Below, piece by piece: positions 34,197 through 49,200 of a stretch of DNA of 64,000 nt (positions within the stretch are counted from its first letter, which is position 1; each line of letters begins with the position of its first letter). Made by a program: the position numbers and the translations under genes. Below the pieces are notes generated by a model. That model searched no databases. It saw only the letters and a program-made list of their open reading frames with translations, and was not told where the DNA came from. The stretch comes from Eledone cirrhosa (taxonomy: Eukaryota), in NCBI GenBank assembly GCA_964016885.1, contig OZ024743.1, positions 302,932,001 through 302,996,000 of the forward strand. Reading direction: 5' to 3'.

Positions 34197-34231
<35 letters not shown>

Positions 34232-35655
34232 CACACCCATACATACATATACATATATATATATATGTACATAGATATGCACTTACATTCACCCACATAC
34301 ACACACACGCATAAATAAGTATGTAAAAAACATAGATATAAAAACACACATGCACACACATACGGAGGCGTTGGTATACATGTACAAATCGTATACACAC
34401 ATATGCATACTCATACGCATAGACACAAATTATAAACCAGCCGTATGAATAAATGAGTACACATAAAAAAGTGAAAAACGCAAGAGTGAAAAACGCAAGT
34501 GACATGTAATACCAGGTAGTGAGAGAAAATGGGCAAGTAAAATGTGGAATGTGAAGGTATTAGGTAAGTGAATCAAAAAGTATGGCGTGTGGTTCACTGG
34601 TTGATATGAAGTAAAAATAAAAACAAAGTTTAAAATAAAGTTAAAAATGAAAGTAAATCAGAAAGAGAAGTCTGTGAAGAAGATAATTTAAGGAAAGTGA
34701 AGAACAAGAGTTTATGGCGGATAAGTATCTGAAAGAGAGTTAAGTTTATATGAGCTGGAAAGCAAGTGTGATTTCATGTGTGGGAAACTGGTGAACATTT
34801 CTGGTTTTGCGTTTAGGCAGGTTTTTGGTGATTTAAGGTTCTGTAAAATCCAGTATTTTTCACTTATGCAGAGTTGTTCCTCTTGCATATACTTTAGATT
34901 GGTTCAAAACTGACTCATCCAATTTATATTGGATACGTTGGTCTTTCAAATCCAATATTCTGCTAGACAGAGCTGTTGTAAATCTTTTTTCAGGATGTAG
35001 GAAAGATGCGACATGTGAGTAATAACGCGTTTTGAATTTGTCTTGTTTCATACCCACATATCGTTCGCTGGTAGCTGGTAGGTTGTTGCTGATGGTTGTC
35101 ACTTTAGCCGCATATACAATGGCTTGGGTGTTGCATTTACCTTGTAATGGGCATTCACTTTTGACTCTACAGGAGCAATGTTGATGTTCTCTGGTTGTTT
35201 TCTTATTGATGATATAAGATTTAATAGGGGGACGCAGGAGTAGCTAATTTTGACACAGTTTATATTGAAGATCTTATAGTATCTATGTGTTCTATGGAAA
35301 TGTTTATCTAAGAGCTCTATGGATGTTTTGCCTACATTAGTTTTAACTCCTAAAGCGTAGGGGAGTGTGATCCAGATTATTTTTCTTTTCCTATTATTAT
35401 GTTTAAAGGAGTTAGTATTGTTAGGGTATGTACTTGGTTCGCTAAATCCGCTATTTTGAAGGGCTATATTATAGTAGGGGCATATCTTATTGAAAATAGC
35501 TTCTGAGGAAGAGAGGGTGGAGATCCTACGGCTAATATTAGGGATAAGGTTTTTAAAAATTATAGGAGGATGGCAAGAGCCTTTATTTATATATTTTACA
35601 TGTTCATTAGGTTTATGGTACGGTTTATAAGAAGCAGTAGGCAGATCTAAGTAAC
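33431..35655 (-). mobile_element. Decayed PLE (RT thumb, CSC..CPL..C zinc finger, GIY-YIG, long 3' region)
   Basis: YKPYHKPN..SCHPP; CSCRVKSECPLQGKC; RYVGMKQDKFKTRYYSH; hammerhead-like motif at its 3' end. Confidence 0.75.
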
Positions 35656-35808
35656 TTGTCGAGAGATTAGAAATTGTGGGTGTTTATAGTTAAGTGCTAA
35701 TTTTTAAATTGTTTTAATTAAGGACAATGTAGGGGAGGTAACTTATAATTATCGAGTTGTTCATAGCAATTTAACTTATTAGCTACAAGTAAAAATGGGG
35801 CTACATGA

Positions 35809-37145
35809 CTAAGTTGGGTCAAAAATTCTATTGGCGAAGGAATTAGCCCTTTGATGTTGACAGCTAATAGTTACCTCCGTTATATCGTTAATCGGTAGAG
35901 GTCGTGATAGAGTTATGTAATATGCTTCCGTAATACAGAGATCACAAAATTTTCTTCGTCCATTGAACGGTTGGGCCCTAGCCACGATATCCCATTTTAG
36001 TGAGTGTTGAACGTTGTTTAATTTAACGTTTTTAATGAGCCTAGCTAGCGATGTCGAACATCTATTGGTAAGGTCCCGGAAGGAAAAAGAGTGCACGTTA
36101 TAGCGTACCTTAAAAGGGTTAGAGCTAGACCCGATATAAGAGCTGGTATTCGAAGCAGTCTTAACCGTGCACCTATAGACTATGTTGGATGTCAGGCAGT
36201 GTCCATTTAATGGGCATGCATTGAGGTAACGGCAGTTGCAGTTGCTTCTGCGGTTAGTTAGAGTAGGGTTGTTTGACCTAAGCGGTAGGTCCGTGCTAGA
36301 AGGATTAGATGGGGGAGGTGTGCTACTAGAGTAATTATTGGTGTAGTGGCGTGGTGTATTGGATAGGGGTGGTGGTATCGCGGTGTCGGAGTTATACTGT
36401 CTTAGCTTATGATGGTTACTGAAAGCGATGTGGCTAGCTAGGTTAGGTGTTGTGGGGAATGAGATTTTAATGTTATTTTTATTAAAGAGTTTGTAATATC
36501 TATGGTTGGGGGAGAAGTGTTTAGATAGGATAGAGAAGAAGCGTTTGGGGATATTAGTGGCTAGATTGGATGAGAATGGGGGTTAAGCCAGGTGATATTT
36601 CTAGGTCTATTCCTTCTAGGGGTTCTAGTGGAGTTGGTAGGGGCCTTCCAGGGGATTTGTTATTTGTCATCCCATTTCTCATTCCTATTCTAGGGTTGAT
36701 TTTTAGTTTGCTACTTGGAGTGTGGAGCAGGCCGCTGCCACCGTTAATGTTCCCTGTACAGGTGCTGTTACTGCTAAAATTCCGGCGATTCTGGCTATAT
36801 GCTAAGGTATTTCTAGTTCTAGTGTTAAGTTTATTATGGTGAATTGCTGTGTTATGGCATTTAGGTATATAAGAAATTGATTGTTTATAACCAGATTCAG
36901 AGAGAGACCTATTATAATATTGTGCATGGTTTATAAATATCTCTTCATTTGCTGATAGCATTGAGATCCTATAGGGGATATATTTAATTACTGCTCTGAT
37001 GACTGCCGGTGGGTGGTTAGAGTGTGGGCTAATATATGTGAGTATTTCACCTGGCTTATGGTAAGGGTTATATAGGTCATTGTTGAGATCCAGGGTGACG
37101 TCTAGGAAGTTTACTACTTTATGGTTCGGCTCGAGGGTGAACCAT
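35809..37145 (-). mobile_element. Decayed PLE (RT C-terminal part + GIY-YIG)
   Basis: VNFLDVTLDL..YNPYHKP..SNHPP; CNCRYLNACPLNGHC; LYIGSS..FKVRY; LKWDIV..CDLCITE. Confidence 0.85.
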
Positions 37146-37719
37146 GAGCCGCTCTGTCTTTTAAATATGTTAATTATTTCAACTGCGCACCTAACTTCTG
37201 CATGAACCCAGCCAGCTAGCTGCTTTCTAATGCATATTGCACATTGAGCACATGCCTTTATGGTTAGGCTTCTAACTAATTCACCAATCTCTCCTCTCAT
37301 ATCTCCTCTCCTATCTCCATCTCTCTCTTTACGATTGGTTACTCTTGAACTGTGTATCTATACATATATATAACAATTATATTAAGCGAAGAGAAGACTG
37401 CATATGTACTACCCCAGTCACTTTCATTAAGTTGTATTACTCTTATAACTGCAGTTATTTCAACATATTAGAGAACTACTAGTCTCTTCAAAATATATAG
37501 ACAAACAAGCGAACACGAAAAACAAGGTTTTGAATGGAAAACTTAATGTATGTTGGAAAATATAAATGCAAACGAAAGACACGGACCTCTAGAATATTCA
37601 GCCTTTGAGATAGACTGTGGCAGTTTCGTCACCTACCAACGTACAGCTGGTTCAACCGAGGTCACAGCGTCTGACTCCAACGTCATAGAAAAGATTTCGT
37701 GCAATTACACACATACTGA

Positions 37720-37990
37720 CATACGCATACATGAGGATTGCAGTGTCTTCACAAACGATTGCCGTCTCTTATTGATTATACCTTGTCATCCCATCTCCGT
37801 CTATGACTTCGTAGATGACTTTGCAGCCCAGCTGTAGAGCTGCATGGTTTACGACACAGGTGACAGAAGAGTGTTGTGCTCTCCGCAGGACCGGTGGGGT
37901 AAACTGTGGGACACAATCTTTATGTAGCACCATGTGTGTTTTTAGTCAGGAACTAGTTCTACGCACTTTGTTGAGTGGTGATGCGGGTGG
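37720..37990 (-). mobile_element. Probable 3' fragment of an RTE-type LINE (terminal C2H2 finger)
   Basis: 37865-37803 translates CHLCRKPCSSTAGLQSHLRSH, like the C-terminal finger of RTE-clade ORFs; short TATG-like tail follows. Confidence 0.5.
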
Positions 37991-38047
37991 TTATTCTTTC
38001 ACGTGACTTATACATATATAAAAAATATATATATATACATATCTATT

Positions 38048-38124
<77 letters not shown>

Positions 38125-38126
<2 letters not shown>

Positions 38127-38262
38127 CGAAGGAAATGTGGTAAGGAACCAGGTGGACCATAACGCACCGAAGTACTCAATACTTGAGGTAGTAGAGTGGG
38201 TGATAGGAACCAGTAAGACCCCGACAGCTGAGCTCAAGCCGTTTCGACGGCTAATTCTGGAC
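38125..38262 (-). repeat. Interspersed repeat, probable PLE terminus (also 57829-58017, 53368-53480, 53648-53695)
   Basis: Shared gtggtaaggaac...ggaccataacgcacc...gtactcaatactt; the copies at 38125, 53368 and 57829 abut (TA)n. Confidence 0.7.
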
Positions 38263-39776
38263 TTATATATATATATATACAAGTTAGAAAGATCTATCTT
38301 CTGCAGACACAGGATCGCCACTAAATTCATAAGATTTAAACCTCCGTGAATCGAACCGACGTAACATACCTTTCAACTAGGATACCCACCACTCTGCACG
38401 AATCCCCAATGAAATATAATCATTAAGTACATACTAGCCTTCTTAGTTCTATACCCCACTAATGTCTGTAAGTACCTCATCAACCCATTAATTTATCTCT
38501 TCTCAGCTGCTGTCATCACTTGATCCTAAATCCAAGAACATTTCAAAATACTACTACAACAGAACTTTACCATACTCTTGCTATAATTATAGTCACCATG
38601 TTTTCTCGTTGTATGTATGTATGTATTTGTATGTGAGGGTGTATATATATATGTTTGTGTACATGTGTGTGTGTATATATGTATATATATATATATATAG
38701 AGAGATATTGCCTCCTTAACCTCTGTATTAACTTGCCCATTATTTAGCTTTGTTAGTGTTGTCTTATACATGTATGTTATTGAGGACGAGAAAGATAGAC
38801 AGGCCTCTCATCTAATATACACCACACAAATTCGACTACAGTGATAAATACTTTATCGGTCAGATAAAAACCGACTATTACGGCCAACTGACCTACACTG
38901 TTTAAAAACACCAGCTTATCTTTACACTTGATATAATACACCCTACGACAGTTTTTACATGTCAATTTTATACATCTGCCTCAAGTCAGCTAGTTTTACA
39001 CGCTAAAATCATAGATATACTATACTTCCCACCTAAATTGATGTTGTAATTATTTCAAATAATTTATTGCTAGCATTGTTTATATTGTTGTTATTGTTCT
39101 AACTGAATGCCATTACTGCTACATATAGTAGCCTGTATATTCTTTTCATGCCTGTATATTCTCTTCATTCCGCAAGCTCCCATGAACTGACTGGTTATAA
39201 CTTTGTATTGGCGATCGAGTAACGCAGAAATAAGCGGAAAGCGATCTGTAGACCTACCAGTTCAGAGAAACAATTGTCAGCAATGAGATTAAAACCCTTT
39301 TTTGTATAGCAAACCGTGTCACTCTTCTTTCCTGATTTATATATATATATATATATATATTTACAATCATACACGCACAAACAAATTCCCAAACATCCCT
39401 CGATACATGTAATACCACACATTTACATGCCCACAAACATATATATATATCGGTCCTTACATTTGTACATACGTAAAAGTATATAAACAGCCATTCTAAT
39501 ATTTTCAGATGCTACTTCTTTATATTCGTCAGTGCATGTTCGAAGTTCTTTCAATATATCGATAGATGTAAGTCCATACCCATGTAAACATCCTTATGAA
39601 TATTTATAAGTTGGATTAAGATATATCCACATTTTGTATATATTGTATTCTCAAATAGTTATACATACAAACGAAAAGCATATAAACTATAATAAAGCGA
39701 GGAGCGCGGTACTGCGTACGGTTTATACTGTTTTATCCCATTAGTAAAATAAGTTGGATTAATTTAAATAAATAAT

Positions 39777-39960
39777 TGTTTCTACTTTAGGCACAAGGCC
39801 AGCAATTACCCAGTGCATCACTGGTACTTTATTTTATCGACCCCGTAAGGATGAAAGGCAAAGTCAACCTCGGCGGGATTTGAACTCAGATCGTAAAGGG
39901 ACGTAACTATGCTGGAAAGCATGGCGTCCGACCCTCCACCGATACTGCTAATCCACCGCC
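39777..39960 (-). mobile_element. Full-length tRNA-derived SINE with 18-bp target-site duplication
   Basis: B-box GAGTTCAAATCC on the - strand; ttaatttaaataaataat at 39759-39776 and 39961-39978. Confidence 0.9.
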
Positions 39961-41061
39961 TTAATTTAAATAAATAATGAATGAATATTACATAATTTAT
40001 CTACTAAATTTCGTGGCTGTTGATTAAAAATATTTTGTTTATTTAAAGATTCACTTCCTTAACATTTCTGAAATGTCAACACTTCCGTTTGGCGGTCGCT
40101 TAAATAAACATACTAATTTTTCTGTCACTAATGTTTTACTAATGCAGTTTATATATAATATCGCCTTTTTTTAATGTATCATGGATTACTTTACTGATTA
40201 CATAAAACAGTGTAACACAGGCTTCGTTCAATTTCTGTGTATATTGTCACTTACGATTTTATTTGATGTATCATATCTACATGTATAAATACTTGCGTAT
40301 AATATCAATATACACACTACACATGCTAGTAGAAAACCAAGCGAAGGGTGGTTTTTCTGCTAGTTTCATTAATGTACTTATACAAATATTCTCCTTTTAC
40401 AAGAATTATATCTTAAACAATTCATGTATTAGCAGTGCTCATTCGGGTTGAATCTATGGAAGTAGTGAACAGTAATCCCTCACAAAATAGGATCGACATG
40501 AAGGAGAACATTCAAAAGACATAACACACGAGTGTCATTTATAGAAAAGGAGCTGCAGTAAAAAATAATTTCCTAAGGAAAGACTATCTAAAAAACCTAT
40601 GCACAGGCATTGCAGTTAGTAAACATCCCAGTTTACTATTTTTACATCGATTTCTGATTTTTTTGTTTTCATAGAACATCATAGAATGTCACTGATATTG
40701 TCTAAGGATTTATGTTTGGTCTGGTGCGTGGCGAGCAAAGCCACATTTGTTCGTTGCAAACATGTATAAGCAAAAGGCATGTCTATTCCAATACATACTA
40801 TTCAACACAATTATGGTTATAGAATACTAGAGCATATTACCAAATATATTCCAAATCATTATTGTTGCGCTAACTGAATGTTAATCTAATTGTACAATGA
40901 ATGTATTTTATACAAAAAAGAGTTAGTTGTTCGCAGAGTAAGAAACACAAACACAAACGCACATATACATACATACATGGTTGTTTGCCTGTGAGTATGT
41001 CTCTCTTGCTCTGCGAACAATTAACTCTTACTTGGTCGGAATACACACATTTTGTGTATCC

Positions 41062-41430
<369 letters not shown>

Positions 41431-42169
41431 TGTATATGTAAATATTCACATATATGAATGAATTTTGCTAAGTTAGGTTATTGTATTCCTTTGATGACCT
41501 TTTTCTGCATAAGCATATGTGATTCAGGTTATATATTTGTACAAGTAATCTGCAATGCATTTATTGATCCGCTTGTAATGTTTTGACTTTCAGTTTGGTT
41601 TCTTGTTTTTCATATATTCTTCATTACTGATTGTGATTCGGTTCAGTCATGAATATGTAAGAAATTGTTGAATTATCTGGAGATGAAACAAACTTGAAAG
41701 GGTATAGGATAAGGTTCAGTGTTCATTGTTTACTACGGAACAAAATGTTTTTAGACGCTATAAATTTTGAAAATCGATGAAATGTTGAATATTCATTATG
41801 GTAAATGTATGCGTGATGGAACTAGATCTCCCTAAAATATAAATAACGAGCCAAGTGAATGTCAGATATAAAATGTATGCCATGAAACTAATATTTTGAC
41901 CTAAATGGGTATTATTCTGCAAACATATTCAGCACATATCAACTCCCATATCTGTGTAGACATCGGTAACGAGTCAGGCTCCGCTCACTATGATGGTACC
42001 CAGAGATGATCGATATGAATCAACTGTAATATGCCAGTAATGTTTCTATATATGCTGCAACACTGATTTCGATTCTCCTTATTTTAAATATATCTACTAG
42101 AATATATATATGTGTGTGTGTTGTGTGTATGCGTGTGTGTTATATACGGATAACAGACACACACACACA

Positions 42170-42231
<62 letters not shown>

Positions 42232-44250
42232 CACTCATACAATTTCAGAAAATTGATTAATTACACTTTAATTGATATCAGCATTGTGCATTTGGCTGTT
42301 TGTGAACGAAACCATTATTATGCCTATCATAATAACTGCAGAGCAATTTTCCATAAGCGCATCATATCATTTGAAAGATGTTTGCTAAGTTCAAGTATTT
42401 TCCAAGCTATTAAAGGCATTTTATTACTGTGCCTTTAAAGAAGTCTATTATTTTCCTTTATTTCTTTGCATATAAATTATACATCCATTCCCCATGTTTT
42501 AATTTGCAACTAAGCTATTTTATAGCAATTTAATGCCATATTCTTTCAAATAACATCTCCTGCTCTTTCCAATTACTTCTTTAGAAAATTTATTTTATAT
42601 TCCTGTTGTTCCATTACAATATTTTAATATGACGATGTTACACACATTCAAGCCATTAATCAAAGGAAATATATAGAAAAATTAATTATGATTTTAAACT
42701 GAAATATTATTTGTTTATATATTTTTCTAATGAACCATATCGTAATCCGAAAGAGTGCTGCTTTCACTTTGCTTTAAAATACTGCAAGTGTATTTAGAGC
42801 TAAATTATGGCTGAAATTTACATGAAGCATGTACTGAATTAACTATTTATTCTTTGTAATGCACTCTTATATTAATTTCCATTCCTCTAGATTTGGAAAT
42901 CACTATGGGTTACTCACACTAATCGACATTGTGAATAGAAATAAAGAATATTATTCGATAATTAATAGGGATTTTATAATATAGCTTCTAAGAGAGACAT
43001 AGGCAAATATATATTATCTGCTTCCATTTAAATTCTTATACGACCATTATTTTATCTTACCTGAAACAATTATATATCAGAAGCTTTTGACCCTAGTATA
43101 TTTTTACCGTTACTAGTTTTTCAAGTATGCTACCGTCTCTAATTATTGATGACTTCAAGCTATAAATAAATTTGTCTTGCCCACCATAGTGTCCGAAATA
43201 TTATTCGTATGTGAGATGTATTGTTTATTAATAAATATTCGTGGTTTAGTTTTGAAAGTTCTCACATTAAGTACATTAAACTAGAATTTAGAATTAGTGC
43301 GCATCAAAACATTCTACATAGTTTTAATTCTATTATTAGCATATAGTAAAGTGACAGTTTATTTTTATGTTCAGCACATAGATAATACAAAATATTCACG
43401 CTGGTCAACATAATACATAGTGAGTTTTTTAAATCGTACATTATCAACCTGCATTAGACTAAATATATTGCAATATAATAAGTGACGAATTATTAACGTC
43501 ATAAAGTGTTACTGTTAACATTATATTATTTTAGTTGGAAACGACGGAATGAATAATGTTGAGATATTTTGGAGGAAGATATCTAATTGAACGCAATAAT
43601 TTAATTAAGATGTAGACTACTGAGATTGAGGATTAACGTATACAAACGTGTTATAATGGAAATATTGTTGATCTATCATATGAAATGAAATAGCCTAGGT
43701 TAGTGTGGGATTTCAAAATTTGGAGATATTTACACGATATGTAATATGACATGAAGCCGAAATCTTTGGATTTTGTCGGAAAATTCAGCACAAGCAGACA
43801 GTTTTACTAATGATGTAATTTCAATTAGAGATGTTGCTAATGAACATAAGGTGATACCAAACAAATCTTTAACAGGCACTAGAGGCACCTAAAATTCTAT
43901 GCTGATATTTAAGCGTTTAACATATGTAAATAATTAATTCCACACCCAATTGTTTACTTTTATCAAATTTCATTTGTTTACATCATTAATAATAAATGAA
44001 AAATATATTGATTTATATTTTTGGTAAGATCAAAGGCCAACCATTATATACAGCGGAAACTAATCATATTTCGATGAAGACGTTCCAGAAATATAATCTG
44101 AAATGTAGAAAACTAAATTTGCAGGTTTGGTGGGTGTGTTATAACACTTCGGGTATGCAGGAACAAACATAATAATTCTAAATTTGAAATATGTAGATTA
44201 TAAATCGTAAATTATCAGCAGCTTTGAAATAGCAAGTCAAACATAGTCAT

Positions 44251-44264
44251 TTCTTCTTCTTCTT

Positions 44265-44294
<30 letters not shown>
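44251..44294. repeat. (TTC)n
   Basis: Seen directly. Confidence 0.95.
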
Positions 44295-44295
<1 letters not shown>

Positions 44296-45872
44296 ACGTA
44301 TTTTAACCACTCCAGCCCCGAAACCAACTGGGGTTTCGCACTATCTAAATTAGGTGTACCATATTAAATGCCGATTCATGCAAACGAAATATAAATATTT
44401 CTGTTGGTTTGATGTTTGCCTGATAAAACGAGTGGAACAAGTGGAAATGACAAGCAAGGGCGGCGGGAAGTAGAGGAGGGAAGACAGGATAAGAAGTAGC
44501 ACGAAGAAGGAATAGTGGGGTGAGGGAGAAAGAAGGAATCAAGAAAGGAAAAAGGAAAGGGGAAAGAAATAACCAGGCCATGATATCCGTCTAAAATAGA
44601 AAGCTAATATAAATGTGATAAAACAATATAAACAAAGTTTTCTGGAAGATCGAGTTGGAGCGCTAGTCTATTAAAATCCAAATAATAATGAGGAGAACTC
44701 AACGCAAGAAAGCTGTTACAAGGGCAAAATGCCATCAATGACAGCGTCTGGTAACACTTTCTTCAAAGGGCAGAAATCGGCTTACTTGCATTTTCTTCTC
44801 AACTTGTTCTTCGAGAATTTTTTTAATTTTTTTATGAAAGCTATATTTTCTTTCTATTTTGTGTGTGTTTGACTGTGTGTGTGTTGTGTGTATGAGTATG
44901 CGTGTGTATTTGTATTTATGTAAGATATGGGGAAGAATATGAAAATGTTACACTGGAACAGTAATGGTGACGAATTGACAAGAACAAATTTCATATGATT
45001 TGGAAATTATAATGAAACAATTTTCAGCACTTCATTAAAGAGCGGCTGTTACAGCAATCAAAGCATTTATAGTTTGTTTTACAATTATAAAAGAGAAAAT
45101 TAGCCAATTCTACTATGCAAAGTAATTATCGGCGTATACGAGATGGCCAGATATTTTTGTTATTAAGTTTAAAGCATATAATGTAACACATTGTTTCAGA
45201 GAACAGCTGGTTGCTTCGCTATAACAATTACTAATATCATTTGACAGTGCCTTTTACTTCAGAAAAATAAATATGAATGCCTTGGTGTGTTATCGAGTTA
45301 ATTCTACCATTTTCGTAAGGGGTTCATTCCCGAAGAATGAATCGAAGACTAGTGTGGGTTGACGCTTAAATACATGTCTAAAAATTGTAACCAAATAGAG
45401 AAGTGTGATGGAACGAACATCAAACAGGACACTAAAAAGTAGAAAGATAATATCAGGTAATGTTACCATGCAGGTAAAGAATATACATAAAGTCTACTAA
45501 ACACATATAAACATGGGCACACACATATAAAGTGATCAAGCTGAAGCCTCGACATATTCATTATTATACTCATTCAAGTAAAAGAAATTTGACTGATTCG
45601 TGAATCGATCGACTAGTGTGTAAACATATGTAAACAATCCATGATGTGGGTCTCTTAAGCTCTCTATAACGTATGCGAAGGAGTATCAATGCATGTTCCA
45701 AATATCAAATTTGAAAGAAAAAAACTACCACTTAACAACTATATGATGAAACCAGGACAAAGCGCTATTATGCAATAACTGTTGATGTCTTTGAAATTCC
45801 CTGAAAAAAATGATATAATAAAAAAAGGATGTTTACATAAATAAGACTCTTTTCTTAATTATAATAAAAATA

Positions 45873-46058
45873 GTTTCTATATTAGGCACAAGGCCAGCAA
45901 TTACCCAGTACAATACTGGTACTTTATTTTATCGACCCAGTAAAGATGAAAGGAAAAATTAACCTCGGCGGGATTTGAACTCTGATCATAAAGGGACGTA
46001 ACTCTATGTTTCAAAGTATGGTGTCCGTCTCTCTAACGTTACTGCCAATCCACCGCCC
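45873..46058 (-). mobile_element. Full-length SINE copy
   Basis: Colinear with 39777-39960. Confidence 0.88.
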
Positions 46059-46091
46059 TTAAAAAATGATAATAATAATAATAATAATAAT

Positions 46092-46197
46092 TGTTTCTAC
46101 GTTAGGCACAAGGCCAGCAATTACCAGTGCATTACTGGTACTTATTTTATCAACCCCGTAAGGATAAAAGGCAAAGTCAACCTCGGCGGGATTTGAA
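46092..46197 (-). mobile_element. 5'-truncated SINE with an (ATT)n tail (46068-46091)
   Basis: Colinear with the SINE 3' part; flanked by AAT repeats. Confidence 0.85.
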
Positions 46198-46212
46198 AAT
46201 AATAATAATAAT

Positions 46213-49200
46213 ATCTAATATTTATTTTCGTATCAAAAATGTTATAGTAAAAAAAGAAAATGGTTACAAACAACAGCCAAATAATTTCACCACCAACACC
46301 ACCACCGCCGCCGCCACCATCATCACTACCACAAACAAAATAAAACCCAACGGCTGCAGCAACACCATCATTATAGTACTGCTATCCCATCACCACCGCC
46401 ACCAATGCATCATCCTGTTAAGAGATGGATGGTAGTAGTGTCACTACACAAGTATAGAATCGAGGAAGGCATCAAAAGATATAAATAGACTGATTTAGTG
46501 ACCCAGTCAAACAGCTAGCAACAACAACAACAGCACCAAAATAATTATTGTTGTTGTATCTATAAACTCTCTCAAAATGTTTAGTTTAAACGATGTCAAA
46601 TCTAAACTATAATATAATAATAATAAGCAATAAGTCGAAAGATTATAGAACAGAACACAGACAAAAACAAATCCAACAACAACGACAAATTAACAAAAGT
46701 TTTCAACGCAACGTCCCCTACTTTCCACGTAGCTAAAATCAAAAAGCAGCAGCAGCAGCAGCAACAACACTAGTAACCGATGTTACTGGGCTTGAAAAAC
46801 GAAAAGCGTAAAGAAAAAAAAAAAAAAGAAAACTAAGTCAGACATTCAAACATTACAATGAAATGTATGTTTATTTTTTTAAGTGTTCATCTATATATTT
46901 GTTTATTTATTTATGTTCGTCTACTCTCTAAAACGACCGGACGTGATGAAATCACCGATGTTTATGTAACCATACATTCACCAATCCTCTAAATGTCGAA
47001 CCTAAGCAGTTCGAATAACGGTGAAGATGAGAATGGAACATCATGTGACAGACCCTCACCGAGCAGGTGCTCCCTGACCCAGCAGCAGGGACCTGGCTGT
47101 CATCCAAATACTGCTGGTTTTGGAGGAAGAAGAAGAAGGAAAGGGGCAAGAACCAACTGGACGAAGGAATTGAATAGAACTGTCATGGAATGTTACCTAA
47201 AGAGTAACCCCAAGGAAAAAGGCTATAGGAAACGGATACATAACATCTGGAACGCGATTGGTCTATTTAAATTAGATGAACAAACATTGGCCGGGCAGGC
47301 TCGGGTAATAAGAACTAATGGATGGATAAGCGAATTTGAACTGGAGGAACAGAGCAGAGAGATTAGGTTAGAAATGGAGCGTTGAGTATGCCAGACAAAC
47401 GAGCCAGTGGGAAATGAAGGTGAAGGGTTTGAGAGAACGGGGAAGCATCCGAAGCAGACAATGAACTGAATGTTGCAATAAATAACATCTAGAAGAAAGA
47501 TACGGCCATTGAGGAAATGAATGCTGACGGGCTAGGACAAGATTTCGTTGATATCCTAAACTTAGTGATAGATGAATTGAACAATGATTGTGGGAAACCT
47601 TTGCACCTAAGATTTGTAGACAGGAAAAAGTTAAAAAAACAACAACTAAGTTAAACAAAGTCATCTCATACTTTGAGGCAAGGAACCTTCACCAATGCAA
47701 CAATATCCTCAAAGCAACAGCAAATGCGGTGAGGAAATTACTTGGCATAAAAACGAGAGGAAACAACAAACAAGAAAGATCAGAACCATGGTGGAAGAAA
47801 CGACTGAATGGTAAAATCAAGGAAATTAGAAATGACATTGGAAAGCTTCAGTCCCTACTGAATGGGACACTACAAAACATAGACACTGAAAATAGACTGG
47901 AAATAAAGTACAAATTAGGAGGAAAAAGCTAAATATCATCATAGAAGAACTGAAGCACACGCATTGTAGCAAATAGTGCGAATATTAGGCGGTATGAGAG
48001 CAGAGTCAGTCAGTATAGACAGAACCGCATGTTTGACAAAAATCAGAAGATGTTGTTTGAACACTTTGAAGAGAAAGAAAGAGGTGACGACATGCTCCCT
48101 GGGGCGGAAGAGATAAGACATTCTGGAGAGGAATATGGGAGCAGGATGTTGAACAAAATGATCAGGCAGTGTGGATTGTGACAGTACAAAAGGAGATTAG
48201 TGAACAAGCACACCAACAAACTGATTTGAATATCACAGTTGTAACTCGTAAAGGGCAGGCCAAAAAACTAACCAACTGGAAATCACCAGGCCCAGATGGT
48301 GTGCAGGGTATTGGATCAAAAATATAACATTCCTTCACCCGAAACTGACAAAGGACCCGTTACTTATTGATAAGATGGTAATGCGGTATTGCAATAGAAG
48401 ACACACTGGTCTTGCCATGGGATGGATGGATTCAAAAAGGCATTCGAAATGGTACCTCATTCTTGGATAACCAAAAGCCTAGATATCTTCAAGGTGGCAG
48501 ATACCATCAGGCAGTTGTTGAGCCAAAGTATGAAGTCCTGGGAAAGAGAGTTAACATCGGGTGGAGAATCTTTGGGAGGTGTGTAGATCAAGAGAGGTAT
48601 CTTCCAGGGAGATAGTCTGTCCCCTCTGTTGTTTGTCCTTGCCCTGATACCCTGACCATTATACTGCGAAAAGTGAGAGCAGGATAAGGTTTGGGAAAAG
48701 GAAAGCTTACCATCAACCACCTCCTCTTCATGGACGATCTTAAACTCTTTGGGAAGAGTGAGAAGGAGTTGGATGTACATGTTGACACTGTCCGTATTTT
48801 CAACAATGATATATGTATGCTATTTGGTATTAGTAAGTGTGGAGTCCTAGTGATGAAAAGGGGTAACTTGAGCAGAAGCAACGGAATCCAGGTAACAACA
48901 GGTGAGATGATAAAGGAAATTGACACTGAAGAAGGATACAAATATTTAGGTGTTCTGGAGGCAGATGACATCAAGAACAAAAAATGAAGGAATTAATAAG
49001 ATGTGGGTAAATTAGGAGGGTAAGGAGCGTATTAAAATCACACCTGAACAGTACGAATGTCATAAGTGCAGTGAATTCCCGAGCTGTGTCTATTATTTGG
49101 TACAGCGCGGGAATTCTGAAATGGAATGTTGCTGAAAAAAAAAAGAAATGGATACGAAGACTAGGAAGCTATTGACTATGTACAACATGTTCGACAAGAG

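Noticed and set aside
37803-37865. Host C2H2 zinc-finger exon
   Set aside because: Single finger without linker or clear splice context; fits an RTE ORF end better
39880-39960. tRNA gene
   Set aside because: Pol III box belongs to a SINE head; no cloverleaf
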